Positions 38,317 through 51,747 of a DNA stretch of 64,000 nt are shown piece by piece. Both the position numbers and the translations under genes were made by a program. Under the pieces are notes generated by a model. The model did no database searches. It had not been told where the DNA came from and was given only the letters and a program-made list of their open reading frames with translations. The DNA is from Psammoneis japonica (taxonomy: Eukaryota): NCBI GenBank assembly GCA_008632985.1, contig QPGO01000111.1:124001-188000 (forward strand), in the 5' to 3' direction. How positions within the stretch are numbered: the first letter of the stretch is position 1; each line of letters opens with the position of its first letter.

Positions 38317-41300
38317 ATGGTGCACACGCCAGCGGTCAAAATATATTGCTAGTTCTTGGGATGTTAGGGCTAGTAGTTGCTTTTTTGCCAATCACCGAGT
38401 GAAAAAGATCCGCTGGAGAGACTACTATGGAAAAAGCAGAAGGACAAATGGCGCCGAGAGACCGCAGGTAGTGCTGAAATCCTTCAAATCGCAGTCGACG
38501 ACAACAAGGACTTGCCAGAGGAACTATCATTGTTCGTTACGTACAAGAACCGGAAAGGAAAGTCGTTTGTGAAGAAGGTGTCAAGTAATTTCAACAGACT
38601 CCCAAAAAAGAAAATTGTATCGATCAAAACAAGAGAAAAAATGGTCATGCGTTCTTTATTGGATGATCCTAATATCGATTTCGTTGAGGTTAACCACAAT
38701 ATGCATGCGTTAAACTATTCCATGCTGCCGTTGTATCCCGAAGAACACAATCGTCATCTGATGGAAATTGTCGGGTACGGCATCAAAATGGTTCAGGCAG
38801 ACCAAATTTGGGACATTCCGAGAAGCTCCCGCCAAGCCGAAAATTTGACAATATGTATTATCGACAGTGGTATTGCATTTGGACATCCTGATCTCCCGAC
38901 CGAAGGCGTCACCGGGACAAACACCGGAATGGGCGATTGGAAGGTCGATGAGTACGGCCATGGCTCCCATTGCTTGGGAACCATCGCAGCGATTGGAAAT
39001 AACGATCTTGGTGTCACTGGTGTGATCAAAAATTTAACTGGTTTTCACCTGCATATCAGCAAGGCATTGAATCAGAGAGGTGATGGCTCTGAATATCACA
39101 TATTGAGAGCCCTTGATGGCTGTCTCGCGGCTGGGTCCAAGGTCATAAGCATGAGTATTGGGGGTCCGAGAACGAGTGATGTCACGCGCGATGCATTCCA
39201 GAAGGCGTACGATGCCGGTGTATTAGTTATAGGTGCTTCCGGGAATTCTGGTGACACTGCATACTCTTTTCCGGGCTCATTTCCTACGGTCATGTCGGTG
39301 TCTGCGGTTGGGCGAGATGAAGATGTTGCAGCCTTTTCCCAATACAACGACCAAGTGGAGATTGCTGCTCCTGGTGTTAGCATTTTGTCCACAGTCCCTG
39401 TATCCGGGGGACGATATGGCATTGCTTCCTGGAGTGGTGCGTAAGCTGAATTCAAAGTGGTTTCGTATTTTGAAAACAAAGTCTCACACCCACTTTTCTT
39501 TCGCCTTCCCACCAGGTTCCAGCATGGCAACACCTTTTGTAGCTGGCATTGCTGCCTTGCTGTGGTCTCATTTTGAAGAATGCACCAACCACCAAATCAG
39601 AAACGTTTTGATCCGAACTGCAAGAGACTTGGGAGAATCAGGTTGCGACGACAAATCTGGTTTCGGGGTTGTGCAAGCAAAGGCGGCATACGACCTCTTG
39701 AAACGTGACGGATGTACAGCAGGTGGTGTTGCCCCCGATCCACTTTCCAACGGAGCTTTTGGTGGTTGCCAGCAAGACCCTCTCTATACCCCGCCTCCCA
39801 CACCATCACCGACCGAATTTCCTTGTGATGAAAAGGTCTTTATGCTCAATCTGACGACAGATGAGTGGGGTGAGGAGACTTCTTGGACTCTCGCTACTAC
39901 GAAAAACGATGTCTTTGATGAATCACGGTTTCGTGGTAAAACGGCTTACATTACGAGGCTTTGTTTGCCCCTTGATAGCTACATTTTTACAATCAAAGAC
40001 AGAGAGGGCGATGGAATATGTTGTGAATATGGATTTGGCAGCTACTCCCTGTACTTTGATGGTGAGCTTGTGAAAACTGGTGGCGCATTTGGATCGATGG
40101 AAGAAGTCAGGTTTGGAATAATAGATGAAGAAAGTTCATCTTCCACAACTCCGATACCAACACTGCCGCCAACTCTATCGCCTACGATCCCAGTTGCTGA
40201 TTCGAGCTCAAACGTAAGGGTGCGAGAAAAGGGAGATGGTTGCAGTGACGATAAGCTCTGGGAATTTACTACTAAGAACGGGGCGAGCAAGTCATGCAGG
40301 TATTTGAAAGTCAAATCTGAGTCCCGATGCCTTATAGTCGGAACAGATGCATACGGAATACAAGTATCGGGCTACAAGGCGTGTCCACTCACTTGTGGGT
40401 CTTGTCCTCCACCTGATGCAGTCGTCACGTCTGTAGCTCCAAGCGAGTCGCCTTCGCATCCATCAGCATCTGCTACCAATTTCCCGACGAAAACTCTCGA
40501 AAATGAGACTCAAGGCCCAGAAAAAGCTGCATCAGAATGCAGCGACGACAGCAACTGGGTCTTGAAGACTAATCCATCGAAGAAGTGTAAGTATGTCGCC
40601 AAAAATCCAGATACTCGGTGCAAGCTCATGGGGGTTGATGGCAATAACGAATCCGTGTCTGGTCTGGCTGGTTGCCGCCTAAGTTGTGGAGGTTGCAGCG
40701 CTTTACGGTCAGAGCAGACACCTCAAACAAGTGACCTTTCGTCGCTGCCGACGAGTCACCAGCCTACTAAATCACCAACAAGAAGCCCTACAACCGCATC
40801 GCCAACCATGTATCCTACTTCAAAATCAAATAGTCAGCCGTCGGACTCACCAACAAAGGCCCCGACCCCGTCGCCTACGAAAAAAGCTACAGCCGATCCA
40901 ACCAAGTCCCCGACCTCATCGCCTACGAAACAGGCTACAGCCGAACCAACTCAACGAACGCTGTCGCCCTCAATGGTTCCCTCCCCACGTCCCACCAACT
41001 CTGCAACTGACGGACCCACGACAGCTCCGTCACCGCCACCAACAACATTTCCAACAGTGCATCCTACTACACGACCAACAAATCGATCAACGGACTCGCC
41101 AACAAAGGCTCCATCGCCGTTGCCCACGAAACCGCCAACGAGTTATCCTACTACACGACCAACAAATCGATCAACGGACTCGCCAACAAAGGCTCCAACG
41201 CCGTTGCCTACGAAACCTCCAACGAGTTATCCTACTACACGACCAACAAATCGATCAACGGCAACGCCGACACGTTTGCCTGCGATAGAATCAAGGACAG

Positions 41301-41827
41301 GACCAGTCGAGGCATCTTGTACCGGTGGAAACTACATTGGAGGAATTCGTGTATGCGAACAGAGCAAATCAAGTTGCAAGGCGCATGTTGAACTAGCAGG
41401 CGATAGTTGTGATGACTTTTGTGCCCACCAGGGTGGAACTTGCGTTTCATCAGAATCGACCAATGGACACGTCAGCTGCCGGGGAAAATGGAAAAAGTCT
41501 TGTGGTGAGAAACGGAGCGATAGCCTGTGCACGTGTTCCATCACTGGCAACACGCAGACCTCGAGCAGAATACCACCAGCACCAGCCGGACTCTCATGTG
41601 AAAGCACCAACTACGATGATATACTTCTGTGCAATGAGAGTGGATCTCAGTGCTCCGCATTTGTCATGCTAAAAGGTGATAGCTGCGACGATTATTGTAA
41701 TCAACAAGGTGCAACCTGCCTTTCCGCCAAGTCAACCAACGGTAAACGTACCTGTAGTGCCAAATGGACTAAGCGTTGCAGCGAATCAGTGCGGAATGGA
41801 TTCCTGTGCACCTGTGGGTGGCCATGA
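38317..41827 (+). CDS. Secreted subtilisin-like S8 protease (copy 2), divergent paralog; 5' end frameshifted
   Basis: IIDSG / HGSHC / GSSMA; intron 39437-39515; clear identity to copy 1 (EILQIAVDDNKDLPEELSLFV); 81-bp PT repeats at ~41061-41260; signal peptide ILLVLGMLGLVVAF lies in a shifted frame at 38343-38385. Confidence 0.85.
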
Positions 41828-42204
41828 TGACACGTAGTAGAATGTGTAAGTGCCACCAATTTTTGAATTCAGTCCCTCTCTTTAGTTAGCGAGGAGTAGA
41901 GACTAGCAGTCCTGCGCCCGCATATTGGAGCTCTCATCCGAATGGATTTGTCTTTCGCCAGGACTGCGCCCGTTTGATTTCCCTTTATTTGTTTTCTTCA
42001 TTAGCCACATACGTGCAGAACTTCTGCTCGAGATTGTTTCATAAAAGATTGAATGCCTTAACAATGTCGACAACTCGTCAACTCGTCGCACTGTTTTTCT
42101 TGATTTGTGCGTCGTGTGAGGTGTTTGAAGATTTCTAAGCTAGGCCCTCTAGATTATTTCAACGTCGTGGTTTTTGCTTGCAGCCAGCTGTCACCACGGT
42201 TCGT

Positions 42205-42352
42205 CCTTGCTAGCTAGCTACTCTAGTAGAGCTAGCTAGCTACTCTCTCTAGTAGCTACTACTACTCTCGAGTAGTAGCTGCTCTCTCTCTACTACTAGC
42301 TAGTAGTAGAAGTAGAGAGAGAGCTACTCTCTACTCTAGAGCTCTAGTAAAG
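42205..42352. repeat. Low-complexity CTAG/TAG/CT/AG tract
   Basis: tagctagctactctagtagagctagctagc...ctactctagagctctagtaa. Confidence 0.9.
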
Positions 42353-42358
42353 TAGCAA

Positions 42359-42779
42359 CCCCACACTCCCAGCGCGAACCATGCAGTGGTTCGCCGCGCG
42401 AAATGACGGATGCGCGCGATTCTTGCCCCGAACCACCGACTGGTTCGCGGTGCGCCAAAAACGACCCGACAAACGATGGGAAAAGCAAAGTGAAAGACAA
42501 CGAGGTGTCTGTGGTAACTTTACATATAAATCGATACAGTGACGTTTGTTTGACACGATGTATGCTTTATTTTAGTACTTTGCTGGATTCTTAAAAGACT
42601 CCGTACTGCTGCCGTGTTGTTCATCATCGAACCACATTTTTCTGGTGAATTTTGGCATTTGACCCTCTGGTGCAAATTGCACGTAGATTTCTACGCACGT
42701 CCTCCCGAACCACATCATGGTTCGACAATGCTGCGGGGTTCTTGGTGCTTATCTGCGCAGCGAACCATTGAGTGGTTCG
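42359..42779. mobile_element. Probable DNA-transposon end with four CGAACCA-N5-TGGTTCG palindromes
   Basis: Perfect sites at 42375-42393, 42429-42447, 42706-42724 and 42761-42779; begins CCCCACACTCCCAG at the edge of the TA-depleted domain. Confidence 0.55.
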
Positions 42780-45700
42780 ATGGTGTCTTCTGGTGCTGTT
42801 CTGTGGTGGTTTCTGCAGGGTGACAAAATCACCGCCAACGACCATGACGGTGATTTCATGGCGACCGTGCTTCACACACGAGTGGTTGCTGACAACACAC
42901 AGCGCATTGACAACGATGGCTTTTTGACTCTGTTAAAAGGTCATGTGTGTGCAGGTGCTGCTTCATTGTGTCAGTCATGAGTTTCATGTTGCACAAGTTG
43001 TGAACCACTGAGACCCGAATTCGGGGTGCAATTTGGGGGTGCAAAAACGAGCACTGTGCGAATTTGCGCCCCAAAATTGCACCCGATTTTCTCACGACTG
43101 TGAGAGTGTGAAATTGGATGTCTGTGATTCTGTGAGAAATTGCACATGCATCAAACACACACTCCTCAAAAATTGTTGACAGCCAAGCAGGAACAACTCC
43201 ACATCTCCAATTTCAATCAACTTGTTTGTGCGCGAAGCTGGACATTCTGTTGACAGCATGTCAAAACACCACGGTGTTCAGTGGCTCCTCTGCAACCTTG
43301 CGCACATCAAATCATTGTTCTGACAAGTCTGGTTCATTTGCAATGACGTGGCTGGCATCACATGTCACTGTTGCATCCACAGCCAAGGTTTCAGCGACTG
43401 TGTGACGCATTTTTCTTCTGAAATGGCACGAACTTGCGTTCATTTTGTTGTCCGTTGATGGCAATCTCGTCGTTTTTTGCCATTGTTTCTTTCACAAACA
43501 TGTCACAATGGCTCGCCATCAATGAGTTCTTGCATCTCTTGCTGGTTGAAGTTCGTCGTTGATTGTTGGTTGCCATTGGCCTGTTCCAGCTCCAGGTGCT
43601 CCGCGCGGGTTCGATTCCCATCATTTGGAAATTTGTGCATTTGGCGCAATTAACTTTTTCCAAATCCATTTTTTGCCAAATCAAAGGGTGAGTGTGCACT
43701 TTACATGTGTTTTCGGGTGTACACTCACCTTTCGATTTTCGAAACGATCAAAATTGAAGGAGTTGGTTGCGCCAAACTCCGCAGAAAATCGGCCTCTCGC
43801 GTGATGAAAAGCAGATGCGATTGAACTCTGCGACATCACATGCCAGCAACCTGCACAACATTGTCACAGCCGGCATGTGCAGGAACCACGGTTGGGTCAA
43901 GAGCACTTTTTGAATTTCAACACCAGACAACATGTGGATTTCCATGAGCCAGAAATGACCCTCCAGTGTCATGTCATGTGCATCGCTCACTCCGGGAACA
44001 CAAAGGCTGGTTCCCAGAATGCTGGCACATGCCTGCGTGCTTCTATGGCGGGAATGGGCCAAAGTCATCAAATTCGCCTGCTCTGGTTCTGACGGTTGGA
44101 ATGAGACAAAATTCAAATGTTGGCTCCCACCCGTGTGCCAAGTTCCCATGCAGCTTCTTCACAACCGCCAAAATCATCAATGTCAGCCCAACAACTGACA
44201 GGTTCCACCCCGAATTGCACCCCTTCATCATGGCTGCGACGGGTTTGAGTGGTTCAACTTTTTGCCTGAGTGGGGCCAATGGCAGGCGAGTTGTGCACAC
44301 ATGACAGATCGCATGCTGTTTGTGATGCATCTGACATTGTCCGTTGTGGCCAAAAGACGACACAGAAAGATGCGAGATGGGAGAGAACAAATGTCAAGAT
44401 GAGAGAGCGCAACATGGGAAACGGTCGCGTTTCAATCGCCAATGTCGAGTGGTCAATCACAGTGACAACAACCTGCAGCAACAACAACCTGCAAGGCGTG
44501 GTTGCTGTTGCCTGTTCACATCATTTGAGGGATGCAGCAAAAATTGGTGGCGACACAGAGAAGATCTTGTGCTCAAGAAAAAAGAGAAAAAGACATGGCT
44601 TGAAGCTCATGGAATGATGTGAACACCCGAGCTTCTAGAGAGAAATGCCCAATTGTGAGGTCCAGTGATTGTCACGAGGGTTTGAAGTCATCATTCCAGG
44701 ATTTCGTCATCTCTGTGCCGCAACACAGTGCAGCACAAACAGCGGCTCATTGAAGCATGGTTTTGCATGATCCCTCACGACATGAACCAACAGACGAACA
44801 AACACAAATGAACGGCTTTCACATTCACGGCCGGGTTGATCTCTGCACCTTGATGAGGAGTCCCACACATCACATCGTGACACGCTTTGATTGGGTGACC
44901 AAAGGAAGAGTTGTGTGTCCTCAGGATGTCCTTCTTGCCCAATCAAGAATCATGAGAACAAAAAGGTGTCACATTGCTCCACCATGACCCGCGCTTTCTG
45001 CATTCACGAGTGTCACAAGAAAACCATGCTTTTCACAGTCCCGCCCCAACCTGTGATTGTCATTCGTGAGTGTCATGAGAAAACCATGCCTTTCACATTG
45101 CTTGGTCCCGCGTCACAATGAAACCATGATGCTCAAGACCTGTGAAGGTGTCTTCAAGGTGTCATGCTGATCGTCCCATTCACGAGTGTCACCAGGGAGT
45201 GTCTTCAAGGTGTCCCTTCCCATTGTAAAATGAGAACCAATGCTTTCTGTTCACGAGCACCTTCACGGATGTCCGCCGCAATTGTGCACTCACGAGGGTC
45301 ACAAGGCATCTGCACTTTGCACTGCATTTCAGTCATGATGGGTGTGCAGAGTTTTCATTCTTTGCTCACAAAGCATTGATGGTGTCCTTTTGCAAGAGCT
45401 GCTTTCTCAGCTGAGACCAAAATGATCATGTTCATCATTCCCGTCCTTCTTGTTCTGCTTGCTGCTCCCAGCAGTGGCAAGAACAATGCCACAATTTTGG
45501 CAACCACTGCCACTTGCGTCCGCTGGCGGTGAGTGGCCCAGTCCAGCTGTCCATTGATGCTGACAAAATTGTTGGTCAAGACACGAGTGACAGCAGGCAC
45601 AGCTTCTGCAGCAAAGGGTGGCAACAGTGGACATCAAATGACCTTCGCTGCAAGAAACAAGAAATGGTCGTTTGATGGACATTGTCCACTGTGTTGACAC

Positions 45701-46339
45701 TGGAGAGCTTTCCATGCAGCAGACCAAAATGCCAAGGGCCCCCCTTGGAATCATCAGACCAATCCTTTCTGGCTGACTTTGCGGATGCCTTGGAAGCGGC
45801 ATCCGGTGTGAACACTGGCAGCACCGGAGTGATGGGGACCACCGCCAGCATGTGTTCTGCATGTCTCACATTGTGGCAGATTGGCCAGAAGCCGCAGAGC
45901 TCCTGGAGTGTGATGGATGCCGCTCCATCTTCAGCACCCAGTCCCTCTGTTCTGACCTCAACTCTTTTGTTGCCGTGATGCACGACCATGTCAACAAGCC
46001 TGATGGTCCAAGCTTTGATGAATGAACCTGCAAGGCACACATCTCAATGACCCCTTCAGGGCCCTGCTTTGATGGAACTTGTTTTCCCTTCAAGCCAAGT
46101 GGACCCTGGGAATGCCATGAACTGGATCATTCAGCCACAGAAGAGCACGCATGCAGAAACTGTTTTGGACAATGCAGACCTGGCGGGCAGAGTGGATGCA
46201 GTGATGGCGCAGTGCACCCCAGTTTGTGCAAGCATGCGCCAATCATGACTCTTGTGTTCGCTTTGGTCGCAACACTCTTGATTTGGCCTGTTGCGATGCT
46301 GAACTTGTCACCGCAGGCTTTGATTGTCTGAGCGCCCCA

Positions 46340-47160
46340 AACTGCAATGAGGCCATTGTGGAGTCGTGAATCCAGTGCTCGATCTGACAAAATGTGTGGA
46401 AATCAAGCCCGATTGGAGCAACGCAGGCATGGGAGAGTGTGATCACAGCGTGAATCAGCACTTTTGGCACAACTTTGAGTCACTTCAGATCTCAAGCCCG
46501 GATGATTGGACCAAATGCCTCATGTGGAACACCAGTGCAAACAACGTGGAAATGGCTGAGAGCATCACCGGTTCAGAGGCAAGGATGAATGGAGGTGCGA
46601 GCCCACCACAAAGCGTTTCAAGTCCTTGCACGCGTCAAATTGGTGTGTCTGCCACAACCAGTTTCAAGGAAATCTCCACATGAACACTTGTGCGGACAAC
46701 GATGGGCCCAACATCCAGCTTGAGTTCAGTTTTGATTTTTGGACTTACGCACAGACTCAGGATGCAGACAAAATCAAATCGGTGCTCGATTCAACCAAGT
46801 GCATGGAAGTGGATGAACCCTTGGGCAATGTTGTCATGGGAGGCTGTTGATCTGGCGTGCTCCAGCAATTTCAGCATGATTCAGAGACAAAGCATGTCTC
46901 TCATCAAGGTGACCATGACGAATGTCTCATGTGGAACACAGGGACAAACAACGTTGAAATGGCAGACTGTTCATCTGGAAGAGAGGGCAAGAATCAATGA
47001 AAGTGCAACACAAGCACAAAATGCTTCAAATCCTTGCACTCTGAGAACTGGTGCATCTGTTACAACCAGTTCCATGGCAATCTCCACATGAACACTTGTG
47101 CAGACAATGATGGGCCCAATGTCCAGTTTGACTTCCCTGACAGCTTCTGGACTCAATGGC
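46340..47160 (+). pseudogene. Ricin-B (beta-trefoil) lectin-like tandem repeats, degraded
   Basis: Two ~420-bp units encoding VLD.TKC.E...C...NQ.F...CLMWNT..NNVEMA.C...NLHMNTCADNDGPN.Q; frameshifts and TGA stops; a signal-peptide-like start lies upstream near 45428. Confidence 0.6.
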
Positions 47161-47840
47161 GGGTTCATGGCTTTCTTGATGCGTTCTTTGCGTGTTCCAC
47201 ATTGCTGCACAGGGCAAAATGAGTTGCGTGCTTCATTTCATTGCATGTTGGGGATGGCAAGCTTGTTGCCACAATGCATTGTTGGTCATTGAATTGCAAG
47301 CTGTGGCGTCGGGTCATCCATGGGTGAGCGGTTGCTGTCGCAGGATGCTGCAAGTTGCTGGATTTTTTTTGAAGCACATGTGATTGGCCCCCAGCAGCAC
47401 CAGCAATTGCTTGCTTCTAAATTAAACAGATGGCAGCCGACCTTTCCTTTTGTGAATGGTGAAGGCCTTTCTCTGGTCTTGCACTCTCACGTGTTGCCAA
47501 GAAAGAGGATGTCAACGCCGAGGTGCAATCGGGGCACCCGCATGCAGAGCAGATTGCTTTGTTCCATCACAGTGCATCACATCCACAACAGGAACAGCCT
47601 TCAGCAAGATCACTGTCACAGTCAACCAGCAGCATGTCCAAGAACAGCAGATCACATGGACCCATTAGAGTGCTCCTCAAATCAAGGAAAAACCCTGTGC
47701 AGCCAGAGCAAAAAACAGGATTGCACAGAGGGGACAGTTGGTTTGTGAGCACATCTGACTGGAGGATTGACATCAGATCATGTGTGTGGTCAGTTGAGAT
47801 TGACTGCATTGGAGAATGTTCTTTGTGTTGTGTGTGGCCC

Positions 47841-48449
47841 TGAGTGAGTCTCGTGGTCTTTCTGTGGACATGGTGGTTGTTGCAGCTGAGCTGCAAAAGT
47901 CAACTCCACTGTCTGCTCATTCTTGTGATGTTGTTTGAAGAGGAGAGAGTGCAGCCACAGCATTTTTTGCTGTGCCAGAGCTGTGTCATTGCTGTGGTCA
48001 TTTGATGATGCTCACTTGGTCAACCTCAAATGAAAATGGCACTGGACAGCTCACATCAATGACTGTCATTGTTGCGTGGGTTGTGGGAAGAATGACCACA
48101 GCTGCCCACAACCTGAGCATGCATTTTCATCCCCCAGTGTGACTGAGTGAGTTTCGTGGTCTTTCTGTGGACATGGTGGTTGTTGCAGCTGAGCTGCAAA
48201 AGTCAACTCCACTGTCTGCTCATTCTTGTGATGTTGTTTGAAGAGGAGAGAGTGCAGCCACAGCATTTTTTGCTGTGCCAGAGCTGTGTCATTGCTGTGG
48301 TCATTTGATGATGCTCACTTGGTCAACCTCAAATGAAAATGGCACTGGACAGCTCACATCAATGACTGTCATTGTTGCGTGGGTTGTGGGAAGAATGACC
48401 ACAGCTGCCCACAACCTGAGCATGCATTTTCATCCCCCAGTGTGACTGC
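47841..48449 (+). repeat. Near-perfect ~303-bp tandem duplication
   Basis: 47841-48143 versus 48144-48449; the only differences I saw are a C/T and a 3-bp indel near the start. Confidence 0.92.
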
Positions 48450-49830
48450 ATGGCACAGTGCTTGCAATGGTGTCTCTCTTTGCCTGAGTGGCATGCAAGT
48501 GTCTGCCATGGCATGGTTGAGCATTGTGCTTGGGCATGCCTGCAACTCAACAAAGTGGCATCAGGTCAGCCACCCAAGCTTGTTGACAGCCCAAGTGGAA
48601 CCATTGCCACAACACTTGAGGAGTGCAAGTTCTCCTGCATGTGCACACATTGCCCCCATGTGACAACTCCCATGCAGGAAGTTTGCACCTTGACTTGTTT
48701 GCGACCCTTGTGACAGCAATCATGGCAGCCACACTGGCTCAGCTTCTGATGCTGACCCAGTTTTCCAAGTCTGTGGTGTTGGTGATGCAGCAGGAAAAAA
48801 GGCTTGGGGGGAGTGACGGCAAAGAGCTTGCAACCCTGGAAATGCCAAGGCAGCAAAAGCTTTGACATGACTCTGTCATCACTTGAATGGCCAAGAGAGC
48901 CAGTGGGCAGGCACACCAGCAATTGACAAGAATGTGCACATGATGCAACTGATTTTCATCAACTGTTAAATCCCACTTGGAAGGTTCTGACAATTGTCAA
49001 ACTCCCTTTGTCAACAATTGTTGCGGACTTGTTAAAAGAAGAACACAGGATTCTTAACAAGAGAACATGAACTCTGATCAAGAGCCACAGCATTTTCCAG
49101 ATGACTCATGTGATTGCATCAATCATGGCCAGCCCTTGAGCTCAACAGAGGAGGAGTGGGGTCAAGAACCACAGAGCTGTTGCACACAGCTGGGCAGTCA
49201 AAACATGTTGAAAAGGAGCTTGTTGACTTGGGCACCTCTGTGCCAGCACAGCAGACTTGTCAAGTTCAAGCCAGCCTGAAGACTTTGTGACCTCCCCTCT
49301 GTGAGATGATGCACCTCTGATGGTGCAACACATGGTGTGACTGCATGGCACGGCACTTGCGATGGTGTCTCTCCTTGCATGCATGGTGTGCAAAGAGGGT
49401 GCAAGCACCCACCTGCCATGGCATGATTGAGCACTGTGCTTTTGACCACTCACCAAAACTCAACAAAGTGACATCAGGTCAGCCACCCAAACATGTTGGC
49501 AGACCAAGTGGACCCATTGCCATGACACTTGTGGAGTGCAAGTTCTCCCATCCATGATGCACACAGCCCCACTTGTGACAACTCCCATGTGGGAAGTTTG
49601 CACCTTGATTTGTTTGTGACCCCCTTGTGACAAGCATGGCAGCACACTGGCAGCTCCTGATGCTCACACAGTGCTCCAAGTCTGTGGTGTTGATGTTTTG
49701 GGCAAAATGGTGGGGGGTGATGGTGAGGGGCTTACAACCCTGGAAGAGATGCTGAGACAGTGCAACTTCTCTGACATGACTCCATCATTGCGAAATGGCC
49801 AAGAGGGCCAGCAGCTGGATGTGCCAGCTG
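48440..49830 (+). repeat. Diverged ~500-bp direct repeat (48440-48940 / 49335-49830)
   Basis: Shared gtgtgactgcatggcac...catcaggtcagccacccaa...gaatggccaagag.gccag. Confidence 0.8.
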
Positions 49831-50358
49831 TTGCTTGCCAGCCCTTGAGCACAGCAAAATGAGGTCAAGAGCTGCAGAGCTGCTGTGCACAGCTGGGCAG
49901 CCAAAACTCATTGAAAAGGAGCATGTTGACTTCTGATGCAGTTGAGCCACACTCATCCTGAGCTGGACTTCCTTCACAGAAGCTGGGTGTGCTGTCATGC
50001 AACCCTCTCCATCCATTGTTGCATGTGGTGTTAGCAGCTGCTGCTGTTTGGGCTGGAGTTTGAGCAGGACAACCACCTGCTCTTTTGTTTGTTGAAGGAG
50101 TGCCTTTTCTGGTGTCGTGCAGAAAAAGGTTTGGCCCCAGCATCAAGAACGACGGACGATCGACTGGCGGGGGCGCGAGTAAGTCGCGCGCGGTCTCCGC
50201 TCGCTCGAGGTTCGAGGTCGACCGATAGATGCGATGCGTCATGCGTCAATCATAGGACAATATCATCATGATGCTTGTGTTGTTGCTGTTGCTTTCTCAA
50301 GCGCGGACGTTCATTGCTCATGTTACCGGTGTTATTCAAACTAGAGACAACGAGAAAC

Positions 50359-51545
50359 ATGACTCATACATTGGTTGCAGTTTTAATTGTCGTTTTTTGT
50401 ATTCTCCATGATGCTCTTTCCTTTCTTGTCGTCTCGCCGCCCCATAAACCGCTCTCGACATCATGCTCGCTTCTGTTCATGGGAAAGGGATTCAACCGCG
50501 GAAACAAGCAGGCAGACTTGATGAAGAAAATGAAGCAAGCCAAACAACAAAAACAGGGCTTACCGGCGGAGAAAAAGAAGGAATTGTCCGAGGAAGAAAT
50601 CAAGCGACGAAACGATCGATTGAGATTTGACGAGCTGCTCGAGAGTGCCAAGAGTGCGAGTGCCTATTCGGACGATGGGTATTTGAGTCAGGTAAGATGA
50701 TGCTGATCATGTTTTTGTAGTTTAGAAACGTTATTTTGTTTGTCTTATACAGGTCTTTCGTTTGATTCTTCAGGCGCAAGAGGAAGAAGAAATCACAGCG
50801 GCTCGTAAGTTACAACATTTGTGTGTAGTTCAGGTGGTCCGCACATCCATGATGATTCTGGCATTGTCGCTCCCTCACTCTCACTTCCTATATTCTAATA
50901 CTACAGGTTCTGGTGTAGAACGGCTGTTTGAAGGCGATCCAATGCCCGATATTGCCATTTTCAAAGAGCTGATTGCGTCAGACACTGGGCTACCGCTGCA
51001 AAATGCTCAACAAAAACTAGATCGGAATGGCTACCTTGTCCTCTTGACGGATCCTCGACCAAAATCCTACGAGTTTCGACAACTGATTCAACAAGTTTGT
51101 GTCGATCTCTCTCAAGAAATTGTGAGGGAAAAGCTAATTATTGTCAATGCCGATACTCCAGCAGAAAACAAAAGGTAAGAGAAAAAGAATGCAAAGTCGT
51201 TTGCTTGCAACGAGAGAGTAAAGGCTGACGCTCTCGTCTTGCACTTGTGTTACCCAGATGGGCGAAAAAGAGCGGCTTGTCAAAAGCATCTCTATTTTCT
51301 GACGTTGATATGGCATTTATGAAGGAATACTCTGCTCTTGGTGACAAGGTAAGTTTGTCGTCGTGAAGTGTATGGGGATGAGTTTTGAGAAACTCAGTGT
51401 GGCTAATCCATTCATCTCTCTCTAGCGCTGGGCTGTTTGTATGTTTATCATTGCCAAGGGACGTGTTCAAAAGATTGCTCGTGAAGTTAATCCTATTGTA
51501 GCGTCTCGTGTGATTCAGAATGCTATCCAGACACTTGACATTTAG
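50359..51545 (+). CDS. Plastid-targeted hypothetical protein, multi-exon, possibly thioredoxin/AhpC-like C-terminus
   Basis: Signal peptide ending ALS-F then a transit peptide; GT-AG introns (e.g. caggtaag at ~50692, aggtaag at ~51175 and ~51348); stop TAG at 51543-51545. Confidence 0.7.
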
Positions 51546-51747
51546 ATTGACGAGAAGATACGGCGGGCGAAAATAGGTGAAACCGACAGCAAGTCAAGAA
51601 AACTGCGACAATCTTGAAGTTTGTCCTACAGTACCCATAGATTGCCACTCCTACAAGCAAAACGTAACTACAAAACACTTTAAGATCAATCTAGAGACAC
51701 ATCCTACATAACTATCTTCTCGATTAAACCTATTCCCAAGCTGTAGT

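Larger units (their letters stand above)
42800..50200. other. TpA-depleted hypermutated domain 3
   Basis: TA is near absent; contains gene remnants and local duplications. Confidence 0.9.

Noticed and set aside
44986..45310. Short cacgagtgtcac-type repeats as the far end of the 42.36-kb element
   Set aside because: They share no motif with the CGAACCA palindromes and no matching terminus was found.
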